DNA of 64,000 nucleotides from Diplonema japonicum (taxonomy: Eukaryota; Protista; Euglenozoa: Diplonemea). The stretch's first letter is position 1, and every line of letters begins with the position of its first letter. Below, piece after piece: positions 1 to 11,058 of this stretch. The notes beneath the pieces are model-generated. The model was not told where the DNA came from, searched no databases, and was given only the letters and a program-made list of their open reading frames with translations. Both the position numbers and the translations under genes were made by a program. The stretch is from NCBI GenBank assembly GCA_964019335.1, contig OZ025718.1:428323-492322 (forward strand), in the 5' to 3' direction.

Positions 1-869
1 GTGGTGTCCAACCCGGACATGACCTGGGCTATAGGGTTGGTCTGCGGTGGCCGTGGGGCGCCGCCCACCAAGTTGACTGGAACACTGCCGGGCGTCTGCT
101 CGATTTCTCTCTGGAAGGCCGCAATTTTCTGAGGAAGGGTCTCCAGGTCAGCAGGAGTGGCGTGCACCACTATGTGGACACCTTGGACTACTGTCTGTTG
201 GGTCTGCTGCATGGCTGCAGGAGTCACAGGGGCCGCTGCTGCAGCTGGCGCCGGGGCCGCTGCGGGAGCTGGAGTTGCAGATGCTGCTGCAGGAGCAGCA
301 GGGGTAGGTGCAGCAGGAGCAGCTTGAGCAGCAGCTTGGGGGGGCTGCGCGGCCTGCTGCATGTTTCTTGCGGTGCCCAAAAAGCTCTGTTGTATGTGTG
401 TGTTGTATGTGTGTGTGTACCTGAAGGATGTTAGGGAGGTCGAGACCGCCAAGGCTAGTAGGCTGACCGTCGGAGGACATGGAGAAACCACCCATCATGA
501 CAGGGACATTCTGACGCACCCCAGGGCCTCCAGAGGGCGCTGCTGCGGGTGTCTCTTGCTGGGGTTGCGGGGGGTCTACTTCCCTCTCCACGATGTGAAT
601 GGTCTGGTTCTCCCTGATGTCAAACTCGTGCAGCGGCTGGTCGTCCTTGAGTGCCCGCCCGAGAAGGATCAGGCGCAACCTGCTCGCAGCAACATCGATC
701 TTTCTAGACAACTGTGTTGCTTTGCTTTGTTTTACTTGCCATACCTCCTCCTTGAGCCGCGTTACGGTCCAGTCAGGGTCAATGCTCATTTCAAGCACCT
801 CGCCTGTAGCCGTTTGTTGTTGTTAGTGCAGAACATACCCGACATCCGCTTGAATCTGACCGTGATCAT
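1..869 (-). CDS. Ubiquitin-like domain protein (BAG6/ubiquilin-like N-terminal UBL followed by A/P/Q-rich region); 3' part runs off the window; introns 804-838 and 387-420
   Basis: Spliced translation MITVRFKRMSG|EVLEMSIDPDWTVTRLKEEV...RLRLILLGRALKDDQPLHEFDIRENQTIHIVER is a UBL fold pattern. Two GT-AG introns restore one frame that stays open to position 1. Confidence 0.75.
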
Positions 870-1159
870 GTTTTGTATTGTTTCTTTTCCTGTGTGGCTG
901 TGTGTGTCGCTTGCTTGCTACGCCCCCTGTTACTGCCAGTGGATCACCGACAAAGAAAAGGCAGTAAGCCCTCCCCTCAAACTGGGTTAGAGATGCTGCC
1001 CCGACTCTTACAACGTAAAGACTTTTGGAAAACAAAAAAAAAATGGAAATAAAAAAAAAAAAAAAAACCGGTGGGGGGATGGGGGGGGGGGGGGGGAATT
1101 TGATGCACTGGTCTAACCAAGCAGGAAGGAAGACAGAAGAGGCCTTGGTCACACTAAGC

Positions 1160-2602
1160 TCACCTGATGAAGGAGCGTACCAAAGACTTGACCTCGAGGT
1201 CTTGGAAGCCCTCAAGGTTCCCGTAAGTGCATTTAATGAACTCGCCTTGCAGGCGGGGGCGGATGAAGGCATCGATTCTGTCGAGGGTGACTTTTGCAGT
1301 CCTCGCGTGGAGCTCCTCTGCCGACCAGACAGTGTTGTTGATGGCGGTGTGCTTCCCGATCTCCCCTATGCTGTGAGCCCTTTCGTCAATTCCCGTAAAG
1401 CTCTGGAACAGAAATTTATTTTTCGCCATGTTAACCATCGCTTCGCTGATCCCGTCTGTGATCGTCGCAAGCTGCTGGCACAGCAGGTTCAGGAGGTTCT
1501 GATTGTGCTGGTGCTCCGCCTGTCCGTAAATACCCAGCAAGCCCGAATCGCTGTACCCCGCCGAGATGGCCTCAATCCCATCCAACCACGTGTGCCTGTG
1601 TGTTCTGCATTTCATTGTCAAGACATACCTGCACAGGCATCTGTACAGTTTTGTGAGAATGCCCTTCCCAGGTCCGCCTGCAGAGAACGACATCCCACCG
1701 CCCAGCAGGGTTTGCGTAACAAGCATCGTGATATGATCCGGGTGACCAATAGGCACACCCTCCATCATGACTCCAATGTGTGTGTTGTTCTTCTCCTGGA
1801 ACTTCGACAAGGATGAAGGGGCAGTCAGGTTTTCCATTGTACGTACTGAAAGTGTTTTTTTTTTTCTTCTTTTTTTTTTTTTTTTTCTCCTTTACATACC
1901 ACCGCCTGTGAATGTAGGAGGTGCAAGGCACTCGTCGGGAATGGGGTGCTTCTCCCAGTTGTTTAAGATAGGGGTGAAGGTGGCCTCCGCCATTTTCAAG
2001 AGATCATTATGTTCAACACCTTTGCCGACGAGGGTGAGCCTGTCCGGCTGCACCATGGTGTGGATGTACTCGTGCAGAATGTCTGGGGTGATGTATGCGT
2101 AGCTATCGATGTCAGAGAACCCTACTGCAGGGTTGCTGAGGGTCTCGTTGTTCCATGCCGCTTGGTGGAGGAGCTCGAAGAGGATTTTAGAGGGTTCGAT
2201 TTTTAATTTGTCCGAGTCGGCGACGGCGAAGTCCTTGAAGGATTGCAGTTTTTCGTTTGTGATGTCTCTTGGTAGCGCTATCTTGCTCAGCATCTCCATG
2301 GCCTGGCTCACCTCCCACCTGGCGCACGCCACATTGTATACCATCCATTCCCTGTTGTTCGTTACCTTGGTCTCTGCCTGGATCCCTGCTACGGCATGGT
2401 CACCGTACGCGAGCATCTCCAGCAGCCTGCTGCAGCCCCTGTGTTTCTCCTCCGCCTCGTATCTCGCACCTATCTTGCTGATCACTCCCACGCAGCTCGA
2501 CGGCGACTCTTCACTGAAGCTCACTACTTTCATCCCATTGTCCATAACGGTCATCCGGGGGGGCGTCCATTTCCACAATTTTGGTACGCTGCGCCTTAGC
2601 AT
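1160..2602 (-). CDS. Mitochondrial processing peptidase alpha subunit (M16 family, non-catalytic); introns 1846-1899 and 1596-1628
   Basis: Glycine-rich loop LLGGGMSFSAGGPGKG, GARYE motif, degenerate HxxEH (SRLLEML) and an MLRR... presequence-like start. Splicing 1846-1899 joins FTGG|VRTMEN in frame. Confidence 0.9.
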
Positions 2603-2632
2603 TTTTTTTGTTGCTTTTTTTTCTTCTCTTTG

Positions 2633-2677
<45 letters not shown>

Positions 2678-2922
2678 AGAAAAGGGGGTTTATAAAAAAC
2701 AAATAGAAAAGAAGAAAATTCATGTCTGTGAGGGGGTGAAAGCGGGGGCAAAAAAAAAAAAAAAGAAGAAGAAGAAATACGGAAAAAATAGAAAGAAACA
2801 CCATAAAATGAAGTGGGGGGTGAAAAAAACTCTTTTCTTCTTTTTTTTTTAAAAAAAATGAATGGCTGAAAGAAAAAAAAGGGGAAAAAGAGAAACACTA
2901 AACGTAACCATCACCAAACACC

Positions 2923-4653
2923 CTATGACCTAAAGATGTCACTGTGGAAGTGTGGCCACATGCAGTACCTGCAGGCGAAGAGATAGTGGCCGGATGCGGT
3001 GGGGCTTTGCGGCTGGTCTTGCTTATCGCTGCCGTCGAACATAAGGGAGGCGAGCTGACCTTTAAGGCGGATCTCGTAGGCAGGCAGCTTGCACTTCAGC
3101 GCCGAAGAGACATAGAAGGGAACTCGGATGAAATCGGACTGGACCTGTGTGAGGTTTCAAACGTAAATATAAAGGCATACATCAGGCTGTCTTTGCCTAG
3201 GGTTCGAGATGCAGCTGGCATTCTTGCAGCTCACGCTCGGGAACCCAAACACCCTTGGGGGGGTCACGAGGCGGATCTTCTCCACTACGCTTCCGTCTTT
3301 CACGTAGTTGACGGTGCAGCCGGGGGCCAGAGAGGCGAGTTTTTTAAGAGCGTCCGACGTAAGCGACTCGTGCGGCAGGTCGGGGATGGAGATGACGCCC
3401 TTGGCACCCTTGTCGGCGAAGGTGTACACGCCTTGCGACCCGAGCTTGTCCATCCACCCCATCACTTCGCGTGCTGCTTCTACAACAGACCAGCACTCTG
3501 CTTCAGACGCACCACGTGAGATGTGATCGACAACCACACCGTAGGCAAAGGGGAGGACTGACTCCACTGTCTGTTTCTCTTTGGGTGCTGCCCGCACTTT
3601 TTTGATGAAGTCCGATGCCACTGGGTCTGCAGGCGGGACAAGCGACAACGGTGCAGGCGATGTGGGTGTGAACCCCTCACCGTACCTCCCCGTCAGCATT
3701 CCCAGCAGTGCCATGCGCACCCAGTACCCGTTGCCCGACGCCTGCTCCCATGCGTTGAGCTCGTCCCCGTCGAACTCGTACGGGACAAGTGGCTTTGTCA
3801 TGGCACGCGGGAGCGTTTGCAAAAATTTGCACCCCTTTGGGAGCTTCGATCTCCATTCCTTCCTGAAGGCAACCGCTTTGTGTAGCTCCTCCTCTCTGCC
3901 CTGCGCCTCTTCGCCGATCCGAGACATTTGCAACCGCGAAAAGGACCAAATATCCGCTATTTTGTCCGCCGTCCTGAGGTACTCCTCGATGGAAGAGAAG
4001 ACGTTCACAGTGAAGCCGTTAGTCTCCATCTTCGCCTTGTACTCCACGGGGTATTGGATCTCCTTGGGGGCGATCAGGTCGACTGTTACGTTACTAAAGA
4101 TGCGAAGGCCGTCGACCTTGGAGTGGGCAGTACGGCCGTTCATGAGGTCGCCCACAAGGGCGAGGTGGATAGTGTCGCGCTGCCAAGATTTCAGCTCGAG
4201 GAGGGTGAAAGTATCGACGTACTCAAGGGTGGGGTGGGTGTGCCGACCGTCGCCTGCGTTGATGAAGGACGGCCTGGGGGTGCCGGTCACAACATTCTCA
4301 AGCCACCTGCACATGCCCTCCATGGGCGATCTGATGACGAAGACGGACTGCTCTGTAGAGTAGCTTGTGAACATCTTTATCACATCCGTCACGCTCTCCT
4401 TCATGAACAACTTCTTCGCATCTGTTATGTCGTTCACATTCATCTCATGGTGCACCGCAGCGTTCCTGAAGCTGTCCTTCGTCCTCGTGCTCTCCTCCTC
4501 GAACATCAAGTACACATTCTGCTTGCCCTTCTTCTCCCCTTTTACCATCTTCCCCGCTTTCACTTCTTTTGCCGTCTCATACAAATAATACTGTTCAGTA
4601 AGGCTCAGGTCCGACACCAGGTGGATCGTCCTCCCCGCGAAGGGTGATGTCAT
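2923..4653 (-). CDS. pyrBI: Fused aspartate carbamoyltransferase catalytic + regulatory chain (Thermotoga/Treponema-type PyrBI); intron 3145-3180
   Basis: Catalytic-chain motifs STRT, INAGDG..HPT, VGDL..GRT.HS and RLQ..R, followed by a PyrI-like region (GVVVDHI, TVNYVKDGSVVEK, CKNASCISNP). After the intron, FACRYC supplies the last two Zn ligands; stop at 2923-2925. Confidence 0.88.
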
Positions 4654-5085
4654 TTTTTTTTTTCTCCTTGTGTCCTTTTTCCTTTTTTTTTTGTTTTGTT
4701 TTATTTTCTACAGAAGATACATAAAGGGGGCCGTGAATTAAAAAAAAGATGGGGGGGCTGTCTTGATGGCTAAGAGGAAAAGAAGAACTCAGGATAGAAT
4801 CGAAGAGGGTTGGGACAAAGAAAGAGGGGGAAGAAACACTAATGAGACCGGGGGGGGGGGGGGGGGGGAGAGAGAAAAAAGAAAAAGGAGGGGGAAGAGG
4901 CAGAATGATTGCGTTCTAGAAAGGAAAAAAAAATCACTGTGATAGGAAACGAAATCGTTTGCAAAGGCCTACCTATAAAATAAAAAAAAAGCTGCTCAAT
5001 AAGGGTGCAACATGTGGACGATGTGCACACCTCAGAGCAAGGGAAAAAAAGGGGGGGGGGTAAGGAGTTTCATTTGTGGCCCTCT

Positions 5086-7357
5086 CTAGATCCTGTCAAC
5101 GGTCTTGATACCAAGGAGAGTAAGACCCTTCTCAAGTGTGCTGGCAGTGGCTTCGCAGAGAAGGAGACGAGAGTTCTGTACAGGGCTTCCCACCACCTTC
5201 CAGTTGCCGGCATCGTTGTAGCACTCGTTGAAGCGCTGGACGAGTTGGTAGAGGTAGTCGGTGATGTTGTGCGCCATCAGGTTTTCGCACTGTTTTTTTT
5301 TTTTTTTTTTCTTTTTTTTTTCTTTTTTTTTTTTTACATACCGTCTTTTCAATGACAGCCGGGAACTTCAGGAGGCAGATGCCCAACCTCTTCTCACTGT
5401 CGAGCACAAGTGAGATCTCCGAGTCTCGGATGGTGTCCAAATCCTCGATGCCCGCCTTCCTGGCGAGCGACTTGCACCTGACGTAAGCATACAGCATGCA
5501 CATGACGGTGTTGCCATCCAGCGAGCACATCTTCTTCGAGTCGAAGACGTAGTCAGACGTTCTGTTCTGACGCAGGTCGCAGTACTTGATTGCGCCCAGC
5601 CCCACCGTGTCTGCGATCTCCCTGAGCTCCGCCTCAGAGAACTCCTTGTACTCGTCACGCAGTTCGCCCTTCTTATTCAGTTCTTCGAAACGGGCTTTCT
5701 TCTCATCTTGCCTGGCCTTGCTGATATCATAACTATGCGCGCATCCTTCTTCCAACAGGTCTGCCAGCGCCGCGGTGTCCCCGCTCCTTGTCTTGTACTT
5801 CTTCCCGTCGGGGCCCCTCACCACACCGAACCCGACGTGGTCCAGTCGTACATCAGGTTTGCCCTCCCTCTGCAGCCACCCTGCGTCCGCCGCTGCCCTG
5901 AAGATCATCATGAAATGCAGCTCCTGACCAAGATCAGTTACGTAAATAGCGCGGTCCACCTTCGATTCCTGCGACCTGTACCATGCAGCCGCCATGTCTG
6001 TTGTGTCGTAAGAGAACCCACCGTCGCTCTTGGTAACTATGAGGGGGATGTTGAAGGTGGGGATGTCCACCTCGTCGTTGCTGATTGCGCCCAGACGAGT
6101 CAGCTCGGCGATGAGCTCGGGGTGCAGGGGCTTCATGAGCTTCGGCACCATCTTCAGGAACTTGTCGCAGTCTTCGTGCGTGAGATTGGTCGAGTTGGCC
6201 CACGTCTTGGCCGACGTGGCCACGTGCAGGACACCATCCTCTTCTTTCGCACCACCAGTTTCCTTTGCCAGCTTTGCAAGAACGGGGTTGATTTTCTCCT
6301 TGCCCTTGGGGTTCAGGAAGTAGTACGCCACGATCTTCTCGGGGTCGGACTTCGCGAGTTTGCTGAGAGGCTTCTTGTCGGTGGCGGAGATGATCTTGGC
6401 ACCCTCGTTCATCTCTGTGAGGCCCTTCTTGTCGAGGATCTCCAGCACCTTGGGGATGATGGGGTTGTAGAAGGACTCGCCCTTTGTCTCGAGCGTCACG
6501 TCCAGTCTGTCGTAGATGCTCTGGAACTCCTTGCGGGAGATCTCGCAGATCATCTTCCACGCGGCGATGCTGGTGGGGTCGTTGGACTGCAGGGACACAA
6601 CTTCCTTATGCGAGCGGCTCTTGAATTCAGCGTCTTCGTCAAAACGCTTCTTTGCAGCCTTGTAGAAGGTGACGAGGTTGGTGATGTCGGGGGGGGTGTC
6701 CAGGAAGTTCGGGCACTCCGATTTCAAATGCGAGATAAGCATTCCGAACTGCGTGCCCCAGTCGCCGACGTGGTTGATGCGAAGGACCTCATGCCCGCAG
6801 AACTCCATGAGCCTGCAGATGGAGTCGCCGATGATGGTGGAACGGAGATGTCCCACATGCATGACCTTGGCGATGTTGGGGGACGAGAAGTCGACAAGGA
6901 TCTTCTTCTTCTCTACCGCCGGGGGCATCACGCCGACACGTACAAGCTTTGAGATGGCCTTCTGGACGTACCCAAGACCCACAGAGATGTTGATGAAGCC
7001 CTGCTTCGTGGGCAGTGCTTCGTCGATCAGACCTGTGCTGAGGTCCACTGCCTCGCTGATGTTCTTTGCCACATTCTGCGGTGACTCCTTGATAGGCTTC
7101 TCTAGCTGAGACAGCTGCTTTGCCAGGGCCATTGCGTTGTTGCACTGGTACTCTGCTGTCTTCCCTGGGGTGATGAGCATGGCTGGCATAGCACCTGCTA
7201 CTTGAGGGTAGGCTTTTATGATGGCCTCCTTAAACACCCTGGCGATCTCCTTCTCCATGTCCAGGCTCAGCAGGCTGTCGCACTTCAGCCTCATGCAGTT
7301 CTTGCACACCTTGGAGTTCCTCTCCCATGCTATGAAGGTGTTGCACGCCTTCTTCAT
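5086..7357 (-). CDS. argS: Arginyl-tRNA synthetase; intron 5290-5341
   Basis: VDFSSPNIAKVMHVGHLRSTIIGD (HIGH), NHVGDWGTQFG, KSDGGFSYDTTD and KYKTRSG motifs. The spliced C-terminus ...IEKT|CENLMAHNITDYLY...GLTLLGIKTVDRI completes the anticodon-binding domain. Confidence 0.95.
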
Positions 7358-7515
7358 TTCGTCTCTTTTTCGCTTTATGTTTCTTTTTTTTTTTTATGCC
7401 CCTTTTTTTTTGTGGGGTAGCCAAGGAAAGAGATCTAACAAAAAAAAAAAGAAAAGGAAAAAAAAAAAGAATGAAAAAAAAAAAGTCAACAAAACAAAGT
7501 AACACTGCCTCACTG

Positions 7516-8162
7516 CTACTCCTCCTCCTCCTCCTCCTCCTCTTCTTCTTCTTCGTCGTCATCGTCGCCAAAGTCAGGCAGATCCTCCTCGTCAATTTCG
7601 CCGTCTGTTGAAAAATTGAAGAATTTTAAAAAGAAAAAGAAAAAAAGAAGAGAAAAAAAAACCCTTCCTACTCCCCCGCCTCATACCTTTGAAAAGTTCC
7701 CAATCCACGGTGTTCATCGCCTTGTCGAAGTGCTGCCGGCCTGTGAGTTTAGGCTCCCCGTTGACGTCCAGTGCCCTGACCTCCTTTTTGCTCTCTTTCT
7801 CACAGTAAAACGCTGGGTATTTTTTTTTTTTTTTCTTCGTTTGATACCTTCTTTCCATTCAGCAAAGTTCTCTCTGGTCACGGGTGTACCATGCTTGACC
7901 CTAGACTCAATGACCATGGGTGCCTCGAAGGCCTCAGATCGCTGGTTGGGGTCCTTTGCACCGTTAGCCATCCATTCTTGGATGAAAGTTGTCAGTTCAA
8001 ACACCATGGGCATCCCAAGCAGCTCATCACACATGCTGTATAGCAGCTCTGGCAGTGGGTCAACCTGTGCCCGTGTTAACGCTTTGATGGCTCTGACTGA
8101 TAGTACCGGCTTCACTTCCGGGTACCCTTCTGGGAAGTTCACCTTCAACTCCACTCGCACTG

Positions 8163-8195
<33 letters not shown>

Positions 8196-8360
8196 CCTTA
8201 TTATTAAAAAAAAAAAAAATCTCATACTGCCAGTTTGCGGATCATCCGCCCCAGGGTCAACCACCTCTACTGATATCCTTTTGTTTTCTTCTAATATTGC
8301 AAGATCGTCTCCGTAGATGCTCTCAAGTGCATCTAGTTCCATTGCTATTTCTTCGCTCAT
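7516..8360 (-). CDS. RWDD1: RWD-domain protein (RWDD1/Gir2/DFRP2-like); introns 8160-8227, 7813-7847, 7605-7686
   Basis: ELDALESIY, FPEGYPEVKP and LLGMPMVFEL (RWD domain); GTPVTRENFAEWK, KLTGRQHF, VDWELF and an acidic tail. Three GT-AG introns give one open frame. Confidence 0.85.
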
Positions 8361-8990
8361 TTTTTTTTTTTTTTTTTTTTTTTTTGGAATGCTGCTGCCC
8401 TCCTATTTTTTTTTTTGAAAACATAAACGGGGGGAAAGAGGCAAGGAAAAAAAAAAAAAAAAAAAGGAAGTTTCATTTCTCCTTTTATTTCTTTTTTATC
8501 GGAAGGCCGAAAGAAGAAGAAAAAAAAAAAAAAAAAAAAAAAAAACTTAAGGGGTCGTTCCCTACGGCCTGTTTTTTCTTCTTTTTTTTTTTGTTTTCCC
8601 CTCTTTTTTCCCTCTCCTCTCTTTTTGTGCCCCCATTTTCTTTTTTTTTTTTCTATTTCTCTCAAAAAAAGAAACTCAAAGTACAGGACAAGCCCCCTGA
8701 TAGAGGGCCGCCCTGTTAAAAAAAAGAATCTCTGAAACAATAGAGAATGAACAGAAAAGAAAGGGGAGGGGGAGAAAAAAAAAACTAATGTGCCACGCGT
8801 AGGAGGGGATTGTCTCACAATAAAAAAGACTGGTATAAGAACAACAAGAAAAAAAAAAGAGAGAAAAAAAAAGAAACACGAAGCTAGTAGCGCCACCATT
8901 GAGGCGCAGCCTTTTAAATTAAGAGGGGAAGACAGCGAGAAAAAAAAAACAACTTTTTTTGAACGAAACAAACGCCACACGGTTCGAAGG

Positions 8991-10198
8991 CTATTCAGAC
9001 AAAAATACGGAAGGCGGGGTAGACACAGGAGTACTTGTAGCCCCATGTGAGCGCGATCTTGACAGCCGTAGCTGCCGCGCGCTAGTCCGTGCAGGGCTAG
9101 TGTAGGTGACCCCAGCCATCGTGAGGCTGGTGTGCAGCCTGCAGTTCTCGACTTCGGTGAAGTATTCAACAATCTGCTGCTTGCCCGCGCGCACAGCACA
9201 CAGGAAAGCAGACATCCTCTGCGTGTTGGGGGCTGCATTCGGTGAGTACCCATGCCTCAGCAGCAGCTTCACCATTCTCAACGAGCCGTACTGCGCGGCA
9301 CGTATGATGGGGAGCGGGCTCCCTGCCGCAGGATGCACGCAGTGCGTCAAGACAATCTCCAGCGTCGTTGGGGACTTGCTCTTCACCGCTGCATACACGT
9401 GTCGCTGACCTACTGAGGGGGTCAGTCCCTCCTCGATAAGCAGGTATCTAAGCACCCCTGCACGCCCGTACCTGCAAGCCACCCACACAGCATCTTCCCA
9501 TCCCACTGTCTTGGGGAGCGCATTCCTGATGTACCTTACCATTTCTACCACACCACTCTTAACGGCCTCTTGCAGCAGGCTCCCTCCCGCGAGGTCCAGC
9601 CCCGAGTTAACTAGATACCTCACAACATCCACCCGCCCGTGGCGCACCGAGAGGGCAAGTGCTTTGTCGTCGAGAATATTGCAAGAGGACTCCTTCAACA
9701 ACCTAACCAACGGCAGGCACCCTCGCACACAAGAGTAGCGCAGCGCTGTGAAGGATTTATGGTTCGAGATGTCGAGGAGGCTGCGTGTCTGGGCCATGGG
9801 GATGAACACGGCCGCTGCATCGATCCTACCCAACAGTGCCGCCACTATGAGCGGGGTGTTGCCAGTGCTGGGATCCGCCCCGTATGGTGGGGTCACTTCG
9901 GCCAACTTCCGTATGAGGCCCACTTCCTCAGACTCCACTGCTTTGCATAAAATCAAACTTCCCTGTTTTCCCATGCGCAGGCCTGCCGATAGCAATAAGG
10001 GCAGTACTTCGCTTCCCCTGTTCTCGTCAAGAGCCTTCAGTGCCTCTTCTTCCGTCGCCTCCTTGACACCCAACCCCCTGAGGGTCGACACAGCAGTGCA
10101 TCTTGTCGCCCTTTTCGTTTCGATGAGACACCCGCTGGTAACTTTGCGCTTTATGTTCGCTTGCGTCACCTTCACGCCGCCCACATACGCCTCCCACC

Positions 10199-10241
<43 letters not shown>

Positions 10242-10379
10242 CTTCTCAAACTCCGAATTCAGAGCATCTTCGATACTCCTCAGCAACGCCTCCACGCTGC
10301 CGACTTCCACGGTCGCCCCGCACGGCCGTCCTGACATGCCACTCACTTGGTTTCTAATGTAACATTGCAAAGAGGTCAT
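8991..10379 (-). CDS. Ankyrin-repeat protein with an N-terminal (HG)n tract
   Basis: GNTPLIVAALLG, FTALRYSCVRG and PIIRAAQYGSLRMVKLLLRHG ankyrin repeats. Likely start is MTSLQ at 10379, downstream of CACACAG acceptor-like sites. Confidence 0.8.
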
Positions 10380-10513
10380 CGCCGTGGCATGGTGTGCACT
10401 CTGTGTGGTGTGCTCTGTGGTGTGGTGACTACATGAAGCGCGCTGACATATAATCGAAACATACAAGAACTAAGAACTAAGAACTAAACAAAAGGTCCAA
10501 ACGGTGTAAGGAA

Positions 10514-11002
10514 CTAGGACATGCCGACTCTTGCCATGTAGAGTTCGAAGGGGATGGCGTCCGTGTCAGTAAGGGGGGTATGGGAAAGGGATGAGGGCGA
10601 AGGGGGGGAAGAGGAGGTTAGAGCTGTATATGATTGCCCCGGCACTCGCTCACAAGCCTGAACAAGGGTCGGTTGCCGCCTCTGTCGGGTGGAGGCATCG
10701 GGGAGGATAGGTTCAAGGGGCGCAGGCATCTTGCTGCGTCGCGCTTTATAGTTTCCAGTTTCTACACCATTTGTCTGTACGAAGGGCGGAACCAACAACA
10801 GCAAGTTCCCTCTTCTCAAAGGCAATATGCCCCGCCCCTCTACGTCCACCAGCACCCTCCCTTCGCCTGCATCGCTTTCGCCTTTCACCACACCTCGGGA
10901 CCCATTCAAGTCCACCCATGCTACGTTCCTCAGGCCATGCACCACAACGCCATCCCCTTCATTCATGTCTGCAAACGTGTGTGACAAAACGTACAAAACC
11001 AT
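10514..11002 (-). CDS. Hypothetical protein with an SH3/KOW-like N-terminal motif
   Basis: GDGVVVHGL...LNGSRGVV...GRVLVDV...LRRGNL pattern; fits the minus-strand gene spacing; start uncertain (10966 or 11002). Confidence 0.55.
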   Translation of the reverse strand: MVLYVLSHTFADMNEGDGVVVHGLRNVAWVDLNGSRGVVKGESDAGEGRVLVDVEGRGILPLRRGNLLLLVPPFVQTNGVETGNYKARRSKMPAPLEPILPDASTRQRRQPTLVQACERVPGQSYTALTSSSPPSPSSLSHTPLTDTDAIPFELYMARVGMS

Positions 11003-11058
11003 AAAGGACCATAAGGAAAATTTTACACTTAAACCCTAAAAACCCATTACTGTGTACT

